64,000 nucleotides of DNA, taken from positions 1,632,001 to 1,696,000 of the forward strand of contig CAWGHO010000002.1 of the NCBI GenBank assembly GCA_963822445.1, read 5' to 3'. The stretch comes from an uncultured Acidobacteriota bacterium (GTDB taxonomy: Bacteria > Acidobacteriota > Thermoanaerobaculia > Gp7-AA8). Numbering within the stretch: the stretch's first letter is position 1; every line of letters begins with the position of its first letter. Positions 38,677 through 49,817 of the stretch are shown in pieces. A program made the translations under genes and the position numbers. The notes beneath the pieces were generated by a model that made no database searches, was not told the origin of the DNA, and saw nothing but the letters and a program-made list of their open reading frames with translations.

Positions 38677-39114
38677 CTAAGGCGCGGTCGGGTGATGCGG
38701 AGACTCGTTGAGGACCAGCCAGTACGACTGCAGCTGACGCGCGGTCTCGACAAAGCGCGCGAAATCGACGGGCTTGCGAACGTAACCGTTCGCGCCGCGG
38801 TCGTAGCACTCGGCGATGTCCGATGCCCGGTCGCTCGACGTCAGCATGACGACCGGGATGCGGCGGGTGCGCTCATCGGTGCGGAGACGCCGCAGAACGT
38901 CCAGGCCGCTGAGACCGGGCATGTTCAGATCGAGCAGAACGACGCGCGGCATGGCTGACGGATCGCTCTTCGCCCTCTCACTCGCCTCGAAGAGAAACGC
39001 CAGGGCCTGGGCTCCGTCGCGCGCCACTTCTAGCGGCACGCCGGGGCTCGCGCGCTGAAAGGCGCGCCGGGCCAGGTCGATCTCGTCTTCGTTGTCTTCG
39101 ACCAGGAGAATCAT
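38677..39114 (-). CDS. Single-domain response regulator (Rcp1-like)
   Basis: LLVEDNEDE, LLDLNMP, MLTSS, GANGYVRKPVDF; ATGA overlap with upstream kinase. Confidence 0.9.
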   Translation of the reverse strand: MILLVEDNEDEIDLARRAFQRASPGVPLEVARDGAQALAFLFEASERAKSDPSAMPRVVLLDLNMPGLSGLDVLRRLRTDERTRRIPVVMLTSSDRASDIAECYDRGANGYVRKPVDFARFVETARQLQSYWLVLNESPHHPTAP

Positions 39115-41090
39115 CGATGTCGAGTGTCTGCGTGAGAATTCAAAGTCCAATGAAACCGCGCTCCGCGGCCCGGCTGGCCATCGGCCCAGATGTGGCCGCC
39201 GTGACGTTCGACGATGCGCTGCACTGTGGCCAGGCCGATTCCCGTTCCGGGGTAGTCGGCGTCGGAATGGAGCCGCTGAAACGGCGTGAAGAGTTTTTCG
39301 GCATAAGCCATGTCGAAGCCGGCTCCGTTGTCGCAGACGAGATAGACCGGCTCTCGCCTGTCCTCATGCACTCCGAACTCGATGACCGCCTCGGCCTCGC
39401 GGGCCGTGAACTTCCAGGCATTGCCGAGGAGATTTTCGAGCAGCACGCGCATCATGCGCGGGTCGGCACAAGCGTTGACGTCCGGTTGGATGATGACGCG
39501 CGCGTTCCGGTGCGGCGAGGCTTTGATCAGGTTGTCCGTGATGTCGCGGACCATTGCGGAAAGGTCGACGGTCCTGGGGTGAATGGCCGCGCGGCCAAGA
39601 CGGGAGAGCTTGAGCAGGTCATCGATCAGTTCGGCCATACGACGTGACGCGGCCTGCACGCGCTGCATGTAGCCGTGGGCGCGCTCGTCGAACAGCGTGC
39701 CGTAGTCTTCGGCGAGGGCGGTGGTGAATCCGTCGATCGTGCGCAGTGGCGCGCGCAGATCGTGAGACACCGTGTAGCTGAACGACTCCAGTTCGCGATT
39801 CTTCTGTTGCAGCTCTTCCACGAGTCGCGCGCGCGTTTCGGCGAGCTCGCGGGCCGCTGTTGCCTCCGATGCCTCGAGCTCCGCGCGCAGAAGCTGATTG
39901 CGAATCTGGCGATTTTCCTCCTCGAACTGCCGGCGCCTGAGCTGGGCGCGAACGCGAGCGCGCAGAACCTCGAGATGGCTGGACTTGGAAAGATAATCGT
40001 CCGCCCCGGCCCCGAGCCCCTCGATCATGGCTTCGCGGTCCTCCATCGCCGTCAGCATGATCAGCGGAATGTCGCGGAGTCCGGGGGCCTGCTTGATGCG
40101 GCGGCAGGTCTCCTGCCCGCTGATGCCGGGCATGAGCAGGTCGAGAAGGATGCAGTCCACGTGCTGTACGGCGAGCATCTCCAGAGCCTCCTCACCGGAA
40201 TGCGCCAGGATCACGTCGTAGCCTTCGCCGGACAATGCCTCCGCGAGCAGATGAAGAAACGTGGCGCTGTCATCGACGGCCAGAATCTTCTTGGGGCCGA
40301 CCAGACTCGACGTCGTTCGCTCTTCGGTCGCACGCGACGAGCGAAGCACGGCTGCGACGCGAGCCATGACGACGCTCGGATCCTCGTCTTTCCGCACGAA
40401 GGCGTCAGCGCCGGCGTCCAGGGCGCGCAATTCGGCGGCCGCGTCGTTCGAGCCGGTCAACATGACGCACGGCGTCCGCCGCAGCGCTGCGTCGAGGCGG
40501 ACACGCCGGATCACCGTCGCTCCGTCCATGCCGGGGAGTACGTCGTCGACGATGATGGCGCTGGGCCGCGCGTCTCCCGCGACGCGCAGGCCTTCTTCAC
40601 CGCTGAGGGCCGTGAGCACGTGATAGTCGAGCTGCTCCAGTTCCGCTTTCAGCTCCTGCTGGAACGTGACGCTGTCATCGATGATCAGCACCGGCATGCG
40701 GTCCGCCGTTGCCTGTGTGCGATGTGCGTTGGCCAGCTCCCGCGCTCGTGCCACGAGGTAATGAACGTCATACGGTTTGCCGACGTATTCGTCGGCGCCG
40801 GTCGTCAGCCCGCGAATGCGATCCTGCACCTCGGCTTCGCTGGAGAGAAGAATCACCGGCAGGTCCGCGATGCGGGGATCGCTCCGAAACTCGCGAAGCA
40901 GATCGATGCCGTCGCCGTCCGGTAAGCGGACATCCAGTACCGCCACGGCCACGCCGTCGGTGCGGACCACCTGTCGCGCTTCGGCGGCGGTGCCACATGG
41001 ATGCACGCGCAGGCCGGCATGCTCGAAGGCCTCGGCGAGGTGCATGCGCACCGTCAGACTGTCATCCACGATGAGAACGAGCGGCGTCAT
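39111..41090 (-). CDS. Triple-receiver histidine kinase (REC-REC-REC-HisKA-HATPase)
   Basis: Three xDDS...D...K receivers; FSYTVSHDLRAPLR, NLLGNAWKFT, DNGAGFDM, GTGIGLA. Confidence 0.92.
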   Translation of the reverse strand: MTPLVLIVDDSLTVRMHLAEAFEHAGLRVHPCGTAAEARQVVRTDGVAVAVLDVRLPDGDGIDLLREFRSDPRIADLPVILLSSEAEVQDRIRGLTTGADEYVGKPYDVHYLVARARELANAHRTQATADRMPVLIIDDSVTFQQELKAELEQLDYHVLTALSGEEGLRVAGDARPSAIIVDDVLPGMDGATVIRRVRLDAALRRTPCVMLTGSNDAAAELRALDAGADAFVRKDEDPSVVMARVAAVLRSSRATEERTTSSLVGPKKILAVDDSATFLHLLAEALSGEGYDVILAHSGEEALEMLAVQHVDCILLDLLMPGISGQETCRRIKQAPGLRDIPLIMLTAMEDREAMIEGLGAGADDYLSKSSHLEVLRARVRAQLRRRQFEEENRQIRNQLLRAELEASEATAARELAETRARLVEELQQKNRELESFSYTVSHDLRAPLRTIDGFTTALAEDYGTLFDERAHGYMQRVQAASRRMAELIDDLLKLSRLGRAAIHPRTVDLSAMVRDITDNLIKASPHRNARVIIQPDVNACADPRMMRVLLENLLGNAWKFTAREAEAVIEFGVHEDRREPVYLVCDNGAGFDMAYAEKLFTPFQRLHSDADYPGTGIGLATVQRIVERHGGHIWADGQPGRGARFHWTLNSHADTRHR

Positions 41091-42172
41091 TCGACGCCCC
41101 TGGCCGCGGCGAGATCCGCCAGTGACGGCCCGATCGCGCCGAGCGACAGAATGCGTTGCGCCGCCTTCAGGCGCACGGCCTCGCCAGGCATGCCGAATAC
41201 GACCGAGCTTTGTTCATCCTGCGCGATCGTCAGTCCGCCCGCCTCGTGTATGCGCAGAAGGCCGGCCGCGCCGTCGCGTCCCATCCCGGTCAACAGACAG
41301 GCCGCGGTCCGCTTGGCGTGCTCGCGCGCGAGCGATTCGAAGAGAACGTCCACCGACGGACGGGAGAAGTTTCGCTCCGGTCCGGTCGACAGCCGCAGCA
41401 CGCCGCGCTCGAGGGTCATGTGATAGTCGGGCGGAGCCATCGTGACGCGCCCACGCACGCTGGACAGGGCTTCACCCCCTTTGGCGTAGGTCACGCGAAG
41501 ATCCGACTGTCCATCCAGCCATTCCGCGAAGGAGACGGCGAACGTCGCAGCGATGTGCAGCACCAGCAGAATCGGCAGCGGAAAATCGGGCGGAAGCGAC
41601 CGAAGGATGTCGACGATGGCCGCCGGACCGCCGGTCGATGCGCCGATCGCCACGAGGTCGATGCCGTTCGTGTGGTGCAGGCCTCCGGCCTGCGTTTCAG
41701 CTTTGGTTACGGAGGCAGGCCGGAGGCCTACACCCCACCGGGCGAGTTTCGCGCGGGGGTGGGTGATGACTTTGATCTTCGAGATCAGGCGGACCGTCGA
41801 CACCAGGCGGCTGGCCCATTCGTCGGTGTTCTGATCGGCTTTCGGTTTGTCGAGGACGTCGACGGCGCCGGCGGCCAGTGCCTCGTACGTCTTGAACAGC
41901 TCGCCCCTGTTCGTCGACGACGAGACGACGAGGATCGGGGTCGGGAAGTGAGCCATGATGTATTCGGTCGCCGCCAGGCCGCTCATGACCGGAAGCATCA
42001 TGTCCAGGGTGATGACGTCGGGCCGCAGCTCTCCGCAGAGATGGATCGCGCTGCTGCCGTCGTGCGCTTCGCCGACGACTTCGATGTCCGGCGCGGCGCG
42101 AAGCACATCGATCAGGTACTGCCGTACCGTCAGCGAGTCCTCGACCACGACCACCCGGATCTTTCCGCTCAT
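41087..42172 (-). CDS. cheB: Chemotaxis methylesterase CheB
   Basis: REC plus GASTGG, LVLH, RPSVDVLF, LTGMGRDGA. Confidence 0.95.
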   Translation of the reverse strand: MSGKIRVVVVEDSLTVRQYLIDVLRAAPDIEVVGEAHDGSSAIHLCGELRPDVITLDMMLPVMSGLAATEYIMAHFPTPILVVSSSTNRGELFKTYEALAAGAVDVLDKPKADQNTDEWASRLVSTVRLISKIKVITHPRAKLARWGVGLRPASVTKAETQAGGLHHTNGIDLVAIGASTGGPAAIVDILRSLPPDFPLPILLVLHIAATFAVSFAEWLDGQSDLRVTYAKGGEALSSVRGRVTMAPPDYHMTLERGVLRLSTGPERNFSRPSVDVLFESLAREHAKRTAACLLTGMGRDGAAGLLRIHEAGGLTIAQDEQSSVVFGMPGEAVRLKAAQRILSLGAIGPSLADLAAARGVE

Positions 42173-44229
42173 GCGACCAGTTTCCGAATCGTCTCCAGCA
42201 ACTCGTTCTGATCGAAGTCGCTCTTGACGATGTAGGCGCTCGCGCCGGCATCGGCGCCGCGGCGGCGGTCTTCCGGTGCGTTCCGCGACGTGACCAGGAT
42301 TGCCGGCACCCGCCGCAGGTTGGCGTCGGCGCGCGTGCGCTCGACGAACGTGAAGCCGTCCATTCCGGGCATTTCGACATCGACGAGGAACAGCGAGTAC
42401 TCGTGACGCCGGGCCATGTCCAGGCCCTCTTCCGCCGACGCGGCGAGATGAACTTCGTAGCCGGCCGACTCCAGGATGCTCTGTTCGAGCATTCTCGTGG
42501 TGAGCGAGTCGTCGATGACCAGGATCGGTTGCGCCACGTGCGTCGCCTCGCGAGCCGTTGCCGTTTCGCCGCCCATGGCTGCGCGCACGAGCGCATCGGG
42601 ATCGAGGACGAGCTGCGGCGTTCCCTCCGTATCGAAGGCGGCGCCGATCACGACCGGCGCGGCCGGCGCGGTGGGCGGCAGCGGGCGCATGACCAGGTCT
42701 TCGATGCCGAGGATCCGCTCGACCGCCACGGCTGCCACGCCGCTGACCGCCGACAAAGTCACGGCTGAGACGCCGCCGGCCGCGCTCCGACCGTGCGACC
42801 GCGGATCGCGCAGCCCGAGAGGAGCGGACAGCGAAATGAACGGCAGCAGCGCACCGCCGTACAGGAGTGCCGGACCTTTCGAAGTCTGCGCGAGCTCATT
42901 CTTCTCCGTGCGCCGCGCCTGAAGAATCGACGCGACCGGGATTGCCGCCGTGACGCCGGACGTCTGCACCAGGAGCGCCTGCAGGGACGCCAGCGACACC
43001 GGAACGATCAGATCGACCGTGGTGCCCTGGCCCGGTTGCGTGTGAACCGCGATCTCGCCACCAGCGAGCGCCACGGCCTCGCGCACGACATCGAGTCCGA
43101 TTCCGCGTCCGGAGGCCTGCGTGACCGAGGAGGACGTCGTGACGCCGGTGGTGAAGAGCAACTTCAGGATGGCCTCGCCGCTGAGTGGCGCTGTACCCGG
43201 CGGCAACAGGCCGCGCTGTACGGCGACGTGCCGAACGGCGGCCACGTCGACGCCGCGGCCGTCGTCGCGGCAGCGGAAGATCACGCGCTTGTCCTGGTGC
43301 AGGACCTCGATGGTGACCGTTCCATGCGGCGATTTCCCGGCGCCCCGCCGTTCGACGGGCGTCTCGATTCCGTGCGCGACCGCATTGCGCACCAACTGCA
43401 CCATCGCCGGTTGCAAGGTCCCGAGAACATCTGCATCGACGCGGATGTCGCCGCCGCTCGCGTCGAACTCGACCTTCCTCCCCTGACTGCGCGCGACGTC
43501 GCGGGCGGTGCGCTCCAGCACCGAAAACAGCGTTCGAGCCGGCACGAGGCGCAATCGCTCGGCCACCGCCTTCGCCTGTCGCAGCTCGCGCTCGGTCGTT
43601 TCGAAGGCGCTGGCGAACCGGCGCTCGATTTCCGCCAGCGATGTGCGCAGTTCCTCGGCCATGCGCATGACTTTCGCGGTCGGCTCACCGCTGCGCGACG
43701 TCCGTGCCCGCGGCGCCGTGAACTGGCCGGCCAGCAGCTCCGCGATCTTGCGGGCATGCTCCAGATCGACGAGCGAGCGATGAATGCCGCCGAGATGCAC
43801 CCCGATCTCGGTGAGACTGTCGATGACGAGGTCGACCTCGCCGACCTCCGTGCGCACGGTGCGCAACCCCTCGCCCGGGCTCTCCCGGCGCGACGCGGTG
43901 ACCGGAGGAGCTTCAGGAGGCGGGAGAGCGGCTACTCGCGTGCCGATCCGGGCCAGAAGATCGAGGAGCTGTTGCAGTTCCTCGCCAGTGGCGGCCCGGT
44001 CGGTGCCGCGCAATGGCTCGAGCGCGTCCTCCATCGCGTGCGCGAGGTCGGCGATCTCTCCCTGCTTCACCACGCGCGCCGCCCCCTTGAGCGTATGCGC
44101 GAGGCGAAGCAGCGCGGAGACGTGCTCGCGAGCCGGCGCGCCTTTCTCCAGCGCCGTCACTTCCATTCCGATCCTTTCGACGATCTCTCGTGCTTCGGGC
44201 CGGAAGTAGCGATACGGGTCGTCTGCCAT
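42169..44229 (-). CDS. cheA: Hybrid CheA (Hpt-HATPase-CheW-REC), WspE-like
   Basis: AHTLKGAA, RNAVAHGIE, DDGRG, SGRGIGLDVV, C-terminal REC. Confidence 0.93.
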   Translation of the reverse strand: MADDPYRYFRPEAREIVERIGMEVTALEKGAPAREHVSALLRLAHTLKGAARVVKQGEIADLAHAMEDALEPLRGTDRAATGEELQQLLDLLARIGTRVAALPPPEAPPVTASRRESPGEGLRTVRTEVGEVDLVIDSLTEIGVHLGGIHRSLVDLEHARKIAELLAGQFTAPRARTSRSGEPTAKVMRMAEELRTSLAEIERRFASAFETTERELRQAKAVAERLRLVPARTLFSVLERTARDVARSQGRKVEFDASGGDIRVDADVLGTLQPAMVQLVRNAVAHGIETPVERRGAGKSPHGTVTIEVLHQDKRVIFRCRDDGRGVDVAAVRHVAVQRGLLPPGTAPLSGEAILKLLFTTGVTTSSSVTQASGRGIGLDVVREAVALAGGEIAVHTQPGQGTTVDLIVPVSLASLQALLVQTSGVTAAIPVASILQARRTEKNELAQTSKGPALLYGGALLPFISLSAPLGLRDPRSHGRSAAGGVSAVTLSAVSGVAAVAVERILGIEDLVMRPLPPTAPAAPVVIGAAFDTEGTPQLVLDPDALVRAAMGGETATAREATHVAQPILVIDDSLTTRMLEQSILESAGYEVHLAASAEEGLDMARRHEYSLFLVDVEMPGMDGFTFVERTRADANLRRVPAILVTSRNAPEDRRRGADAGASAYIVKSDFDQNELLETIRKLVA

Positions 44230-44232
44230 GGT

Positions 44233-45702
44233 TCATGCCGCTTTCTGCGGCTGGACCAGACGCAGCAGCCCGTGCGACAGCTGCGCGAGTTGCGCCGCGG
44301 TCTGAAGCGTCTGAATCGACGTCGTCTCCGTCTCGCGTGTGACCTGGGTCATGTTGCCGATGGCCAGGTTCACCTGCTCGACGGCCGTGGTCTGCTGCTT
44401 GGTGCTCAGCTCGATCTCGCGAGCCGCCTCGGTGGTCGTCGTCACCAGGTCGGCGATCTCTTTGAACGTGCTCGCGACGTCGGCGAACTGGCGCGTTCCG
44501 GCATCGACCGCCTTCGAGCCACTTTCGGTCGCCATCACGGTGGTGTTGACGGCGCCGCGCACGTCGTCGATCAGGGCGCGGATCTCCTTGGTCGACCCGC
44601 CGACGCGGTCGGCCAGCTTGCGAATCTCGTCGGCGACCACGCCGAAGCGCTTGCCGGTTTCGCCGGCGCCGGCGGCCTCGATGGTCGCATTGATCGCGAG
44701 GATGTTCGTCTGCTCGGCCAGCTCCGAAACGATGTCGAGCACGGCTCCGATCTGTTGCGACTTCCGGCCGAGGTCGAGCATGTGCTGCACCACGACGTCG
44801 ATCTGCCGGCGAATGCCTTCCAGCGACTCGTAAGTACGGGCCACCTTGTCCTCTCCGACGCGCGCGGTGCCGGCCGTTCGTTCGGCGACGTCTGCGACGC
44901 GTTGGGCGCTTTCGGCGATCTGGCGGGAAGTGGCGAGCAGCTCGCTGATGGTCGTCGAGATCTCGTTCATGGCCGTGGCGTGCTCCCGCGCGCCGGTGGC
45001 CTGCTCGTTCGCAGCGGTCTGCAGCTGCGCGGAGGAGCTCTGCACTTCGCTGACGGTCGATCCGATGTGTGCAGCGATGTTCCGGGTCAGCAGGTAGCCG
45101 ATCAGAGCGGCCATGGCGATGGCGGTCGCGGAGAAGATCACCACGATCCATGTCGCCGACCGCGCGCGCTCGCTCGAGTGGCGCCGGGCCTCCTCCAGGA
45201 CGCGCTCCTCATGATCGAGCATCGCCCCGATCTCCGCATCGAGGGCATTGCGCAGGGGAACCACTGTATTTTCGAATGCCCGCGACGCTTCCACGGCCGA
45301 AATGCCGCCGCGCCGCTGTTCGATGACGCGAGACAGCGATTCGCGGTGAGCCCGCTCGGCACGCACGACGGACTCGAGCAACTGCCGCTCGCGGTCGGTC
45401 TCGAGCGAGCCGCGGAGTTGCGCGGCGATGGCGTCGAATTCGCCCCTCGCCGAGCCGAGACTCGTCAGAAACGCGTCGTTTCCCGTGAGCAGGTAGCCGC
45501 GGCCAGCGGCCGACTTGCTCTCGGTGTTCGTCTTCAGCCGCTGGGTGTCCAGCAGGAGGTGCGAATTGACTCGGATCACTTCGTCCTTCGCCGCCACGAC
45601 GTGGCGCAGAGCGAGAACGGAGACGACTCCGATGATCAGGGCGACGGCGACGACCGCCGCCAGTCCTGCTGCCAGTCTGCGACCGAATGTCCAGTTCTTC
45701 AT
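44233..45702 (-). CDS. Methyl-accepting chemotaxis protein with CHASE3-like periplasmic domain
   Basis: Two TMs; GRGYLLTG; [34 protein letters not shown]. Confidence 0.93.
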   Translation of the reverse strand: MKNWTFGRRLAAGLAAVVAVALIIGVVSVLALRHVVAAKDEVIRVNSHLLLDTQRLKTNTESKSAAGRGYLLTGNDAFLTSLGSARGEFDAIAAQLRGSLETDRERQLLESVVRAERAHRESLSRVIEQRRGGISAVEASRAFENTVVPLRNALDAEIGAMLDHEERVLEEARRHSSERARSATWIVVIFSATAIAMAALIGYLLTRNIAAHIGSTVSEVQSSSAQLQTAANEQATGAREHATAMNEISTTISELLATSRQIAESAQRVADVAERTAGTARVGEDKVARTYESLEGIRRQIDVVVQHMLDLGRKSQQIGAVLDIVSELAEQTNILAINATIEAAGAGETGKRFGVVADEIRKLADRVGGSTKEIRALIDDVRGAVNTTVMATESGSKAVDAGTRQFADVASTFKEIADLVTTTTEAAREIELSTKQQTTAVEQVNLAIGNMTQVTRETETTSIQTLQTAAQLAQLSHGLLRLVQPQKAA

Positions 45703-45703
45703 C

Positions 45704-46201
45704 TCATGTCTCCTTTGGGGCGGGCGTACTCGTTTGCGGAAGCGCCGCGAGCAGGGCGGCAATGCTCAGGATCGAACGGACCACCGCGCCGTCGCGCACG
45801 GCTCCGTCGCCGAAGTTCCCGGTCATGCGGATCTGCGCCTCGAAGTGCTCGAACGCGAGCCCGATCGGCAGCTCGGACGTACCGGCCAGCGCAATCCAGC
45901 GCGGCTCGGATGCCGGCGGGTAGCCGAGCAGGACGGCGACGTCGAAGACGGGAATGATCAGGCTGCGGTAGCCGGCGATGCCGAGAAACGAGGACACGGA
46001 GGACGGCAGCGGCACGATTCGGCGGCCGGCGAGCAGCCCGGTCACCTCTGACAGGCGAAGCGCATGGGGGTGCCCGGCGATCGTCACGGCGATCAGCCTC
46101 TCGCCGTCCGCTCGTTCGCATTCCGGTGGAACGGCGAACGAACGATCGAAGTCGCGACGCAACAGCGCGGCGCGGTCTTCGAGGTGAATGCCGTCATTCA
46201 T
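45704..46201 (-). CDS. cheW: CheW-like adaptor
   Basis: [27 protein letters not shown]. Confidence 0.8.
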   Translation of the reverse strand: MNDGIHLEDRAALLRRDFDRSFAVPPECERADGERLIAVTIAGHPHALRLSEVTGLLAGRRIVPLPSSVSSFLGIAGYRSLIIPVFDVAVLLGYPPASEPRWIALAGTSELPIGLAFEHFEAQIRMTGNFGDGAVRDGAVVRSILSIAALLAALPQTSTPAPKET

Positions 46202-47736
46202 GCCGGACCTCCGCAGAGCGTGAGCTCGGCGCGGCAGAGATCGATCAGCGCCTCGCGGCTGAATCCGCCGCCGAACAGCAGCAGCCGGGAGACGTCTTCA
46301 CGCTCGAGCAGCACCAGCGCCTGGGCGAGATCGCGGCGTGCCGCCGCCCGATCTCCGCTCTTGCGCGCCAGGAGTCCGAGGTGCAGGCGGGGCGCGGCGA
46401 AGCTCGGATCGAGATACGCCGCGGTCTGGTCATGATCGATTGCGGCGGCCGGGTCGCGGGCTCCTTCGCGGCACAGCGCCATCAGATAGTGCGCGCCGGC
46501 GCTGAGCTCGTCGATGGCCAGGATGGTCCGGCAGACCTCCTCCGCCGCCGCGAGATCGCCTCGATGCGCGAGCAGCACCGCACGCAAGGCCAGCACGTCG
46601 GTGTTGCGGTTCGAATCGGGCGGAAGCGCGTCGACGAGGGCGAGCGCGTCGCCGTATCGCTCGTCGCGAAGCAGTTCGAACGCCGGAGCGAGATCCCAGT
46701 ACGCCGCGACGTCCCGTGCAGGTGCGGCGGAAGGTCCCGTTTGCGGTTTTTCCGTCAACGAGCGAATGCGCTCGGCCGAACGCGTGATCGTCTCGACCCA
46801 CGATTCCGCCGACTCGTACATCTTCGACAGGGGTGTCGCGTCTGCTTCGGCAATCTGGCGTATCTCGGGACCAGGCGGCAGCGCCTGCTCTGCTTCGGAC
46901 CGCTTCTGGTAATAAAACGTGTCGTGGGTATGCCGGAGATGAAACTCGCGGGACAGACCGCGCAGCGTCTCCGCGTGACCGAGAAAGAAAAAACCGCCGG
47001 GCAGGAGCGACCGGCAGATCCGGTCGACGACGCGCTGTGCGGCGTGCGGCGTGAAATACATCAGCATGTTTCTGCAGAAGACGATGTCGAACGCCGTGCC
47101 GTCCCAGAACCGCGCGTCATCGTCCGCGACGTTCCGCTCTTCGAACGACACCATCCTGCGGATGCGCTCATCGATCACGAGCTCGCGCCCGCGGGCGGCG
47201 AACCATCGGTCGCGCACAGCGTCGGGCGTTCCGCGCAACGACCACGGCGAATACCGGCCGGCCCGCGCTTTCTCGATCGCGTCCGGGTTTACATCGACGG
47301 CGACGATCCGCACGTCCCAGTCCGTCATCAGCGGAAGAAACTCACGAATGACGATCGCGATCGTGTAGGGCTCTTCGCCGGACGAGCAGCCGATCGAAGC
47401 GACGGTGAGCGTTGGCGCGGGCCGGCGAATACGCATCCTCGCCGGCAGCGCAATCTCGCGTAACGCGCGGAATTGCTCTTCATTACGGAAGAAGTAGCTC
47501 TCCCCGACGGTGAGCTCGCGGGCGAGCTCGCGCCATTCTCCGCCGGCATCGTCACGCACATGCCCGGCCGTTTCCAATGAGGTGACGTAATGGTCCGGCG
47601 TCGTCCGTTTTGCTTCGCTTCGCCGCTGCAGCACGTCGATGACGAAATTCAGTTTGAAAGCATCGAACTGAAGGCCGAAGCGATCGGCGATGACGCGTTG
47701 AAAACGCTGGATGTTCTGCAGTGCGGGAGGCATCAC
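46198..47736 (-). CDS. cheR: CheR methyltransferase with TPR (WspC-like)
   Basis: LTVGESYFFR, GCSSGEEPY, FCRNMLMYF, LGHAE; C-terminal TPR. Confidence 0.93.
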   Translation of the reverse strand: MMPPALQNIQRFQRVIADRFGLQFDAFKLNFVIDVLQRRSEAKRTTPDHYVTSLETAGHVRDDAGGEWRELARELTVGESYFFRNEEQFRALREIALPARMRIRRPAPTLTVASIGCSSGEEPYTIAIVIREFLPLMTDWDVRIVAVDVNPDAIEKARAGRYSPWSLRGTPDAVRDRWFAARGRELVIDERIRRMVSFEERNVADDDARFWDGTAFDIVFCRNMLMYFTPHAAQRVVDRICRSLLPGGFFFLGHAETLRGLSREFHLRHTHDTFYYQKRSEAEQALPPGPEIRQIAEADATPLSKMYESAESWVETITRSAERIRSLTEKPQTGPSAAPARDVAAYWDLAPAFELLRDERYGDALALVDALPPDSNRNTDVLALRAVLLAHRGDLAAAEEVCRTILAIDELSAGAHYLMALCREGARDPAAAIDHDQTAAYLDPSFAAPRLHLGLLARKSGDRAAARRDLAQALVLLEREDVSRLLLFGGGFSREALIDLCRAELTLCGGPA

Positions 47737-48185
47737 GCATCAGCCTCCTGGATCGCGCTCCACAGCTCCTCCGGAATGAGCCGGGTGGATTCGATCACGG
47801 CCAGCAGCTCGCGATCGAGCGTACCGACGGCCGAGATTGCACTGTTGAGCCCTTCGCTCGTAATGACCGGCACCGCCGGCAGCGCTTCGGCTGGAATCGC
47901 ACGCATGGACAGCACCTCGTCGACCGCAAATGCGACGTGGTGGTTTCCGGCACGCAAGAGCACGAATCGCGACGCTGTGCCGATTCGGCCGCCACTCAAT
48001 AGGCGGCCGCCGTCGACAATGGGTGTCGGCAGGCCGCGAATGCATGTAATGCCCAATACGAACTCCGGCGCGGGCGGCAACGGCTCGTAGGGGAGCGGCC
48101 GCATTGTCTCGACGATCCGGTCGGCCGGTAGAGCACAGAAGTGCGTCCCGATGCGGCAGATGAGGTAGAGCGCTGCGCCACTCAA
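47733..48185 (-). CDS. cheW: CheW adaptor
   Basis: ETMRPLP, APEFVLGITCIRGLPTPIVD, AFAVDEV. Confidence 0.85.
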   Translation of the reverse strand: MSGAALYLICRIGTHFCALPADRIVETMRPLPYEPLPPAPEFVLGITCIRGLPTPIVDGGRLLSGGRIGTASRFVLLRAGNHHVAFAVDEVLSMRAIPAEALPAVPVITSEGLNSAISAVGTLDRELLAVIESTRLIPEELWSAIQEADA

Positions 48186-48420
48186 GCGCCGCAGTTCTCT
48201 TCAAGAAGGCCACCACGGATGCTGCTTCGGCAGGCGGTTCTACGGGTTTATCCGGAGATCTGCGTCGTCAATGACCCGCGTTATCGTGCGTAGAGACGCA
48301 AACGTAACAAGAAGTCCGTCAAAACCCGAATTGTAGGTGGCCGCCGACCAGGCGTACAACGGCCGCGGCCGTACAATCGGCGTGCATGATAAATAATTCT
48401 GTGACGCGCGGCCGACCGCT

Positions 48421-49800
48421 ATGGACGTGGCGCGGCTGATTGACTCCGCCAGGCAGGCCGTCGTCGCGACCGATGCAAACGGAACGCTGACGTACTGGAA
48501 CCGTTTTGCAGAAATGCTTTACGGCTGGAGCGCCGACGAGGTCATGGGACGCCATCTCGTCGAAATGACGTGCGTCGAGGCGGAAAGCCAGCACGCCCGG
48601 CAGATTCTCAGGCGCGTACACGACGGCGCGCCCTGGATCGGTCAACTGCGGGCTCGGCAGCGCAGCGGGCAGGAAATTGGCACGTTCGCGTTGCGCGCCC
48701 CGTTGTTCGAAGAAGGGCGGGTGATCGGGATCTTCGGTGTATCGGTCGAGGCGAGCGCGGTGGCAGACCTGTCGTCTGGAGTTGACCAGCAGCATCGCGA
48801 GGTGCTCTATACGGCACCCGATCCGTTGTTCCGGATCAGTGCAGACGGCCGCTTCCTCGCATACGCCGGACCGGTCGGGTCGCCTTTGCTGCTCCCGCCG
48901 GAGGAATTCACCGGCAGGCTTATGGAGGAAGTGATGCCGGCCGACGTCGCGGCGCGCTGTCGCGAGGCGATCGCGCACGCCCTCGGCGAGCAGACCGTCG
49001 TTACCGTCGAGTACGAGCTGGAAATTGCCGGCGGCATCCACGCCTTCGAGGCGCGCATTGCGCCGGCCGGAACGTCGGAAGTGATCGCCATCGTTCGCGA
49101 CATTACCGAGTCCCGCCGGTTTCAGAACGAGCTTTACGCGCATGTGACGGATCGCACCAGGGAGATTGCCGCGCTTTCGGAGCGGCTTCTGGCGATTCAG
49201 GATGAAGAGCGCCGCAGAATCGGCCGCGAGTTGCATGACGACATCGGACAGATGGTCACGGCGCTGTCGCTGCTGATCGCGGCTGCACGGAAAAGCCCTG
49301 CTGCCGCGGTCGAACAGCTCGTCGAGGCGAATGGACTGGTGTTGCGTCTGCAGGAGCAGGTTCGCGATCTCTCGTTCTCTCTGGCGCGCGGGTTCGGCGG
49401 CAGGCTGTCGGACGCATTACGCGCCCATGCAGCGGCGTTCTCCCACCACGCCGGTCTTCCGATCGACGTGACCGGGGATGCGGTGGAGGGACTCTCCGCC
49501 GACGTGGAGGCGACCGCGTTCAGGATCGTGCAGGAGGCGCTGACGAACGTCATCCGTCATGCCCGCGCCTCCGCTGCCACGGTGGCGGTGAGCACCACCC
49601 CGGAAGTGCTGAGAATCGCCATTTCGGACGACGGCTGCGGGTTCGACCCCACCCGACCGGTCTACGGTCTCGGGCTGGCCGGCATGCGCGAGCGGGCACG
49701 CCTCGCCGGCGGGCGGCTGATCGTCGAGTCCGTTCCCGGCGGCGGGACGACGATCGTGGCCACATTGCCGCGGACGACGCGCGACAAGGCCGCCGACTGA
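48421..49800 (+). CDS. PAS-PAS histidine kinase (HisKA_3, NarX/UhpB type)
   Basis: ERRRIGRELHDDIGQ, QEALTNVIRHA, DDGCGFD, GLGLAGMRER. Confidence 0.92.
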   Translation: MDVARLIDSARQAVVATDANGTLTYWNRFAEMLYGWSADEVMGRHLVEMTCVEAESQHARQILRRVHDGAPWIGQLRARQRSGQEIGTFALRAPLFEEGRVIGIFGVSVEASAVADLSSGVDQQHREVLYTAPDPLFRISADGRFLAYAGPVGSPLLLPPEEFTGRLMEEVMPADVAARCREAIAHALGEQTVVTVEYELEIAGGIHAFEARIAPAGTSEVIAIVRDITESRRFQNELYAHVTDRTREIAALSERLLAIQDEERRRIGRELHDDIGQMVTALSLLIAAARKSPAAAVEQLVEANGLVLRLQEQVRDLSFSLARGFGGRLSDALRAHAAAFSHHAGLPIDVTGDAVEGLSADVEATAFRIVQEALTNVIRHARASAATVAVSTTPEVLRIAISDDGCGFDPTRPVYGLGLAGMRERARLAGGRLIVESVPGGGTTIVATLPRTTRDKAAD

Positions 49801-49817
49801 TCCGGCGTCCGTTCGAC

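Noticed and set aside
42793-45957. 1054-aa plus-strand ORF
   Set aside because: Antisense shadow of cheA/mcp/cheW; no motifs, typical high-GC artefact
48285-48330. GACGCAAA as part of a c-di-GMP-I riboswitch
   Set aside because: No upstream GGCAAA/P2-GNRA stem could be paired
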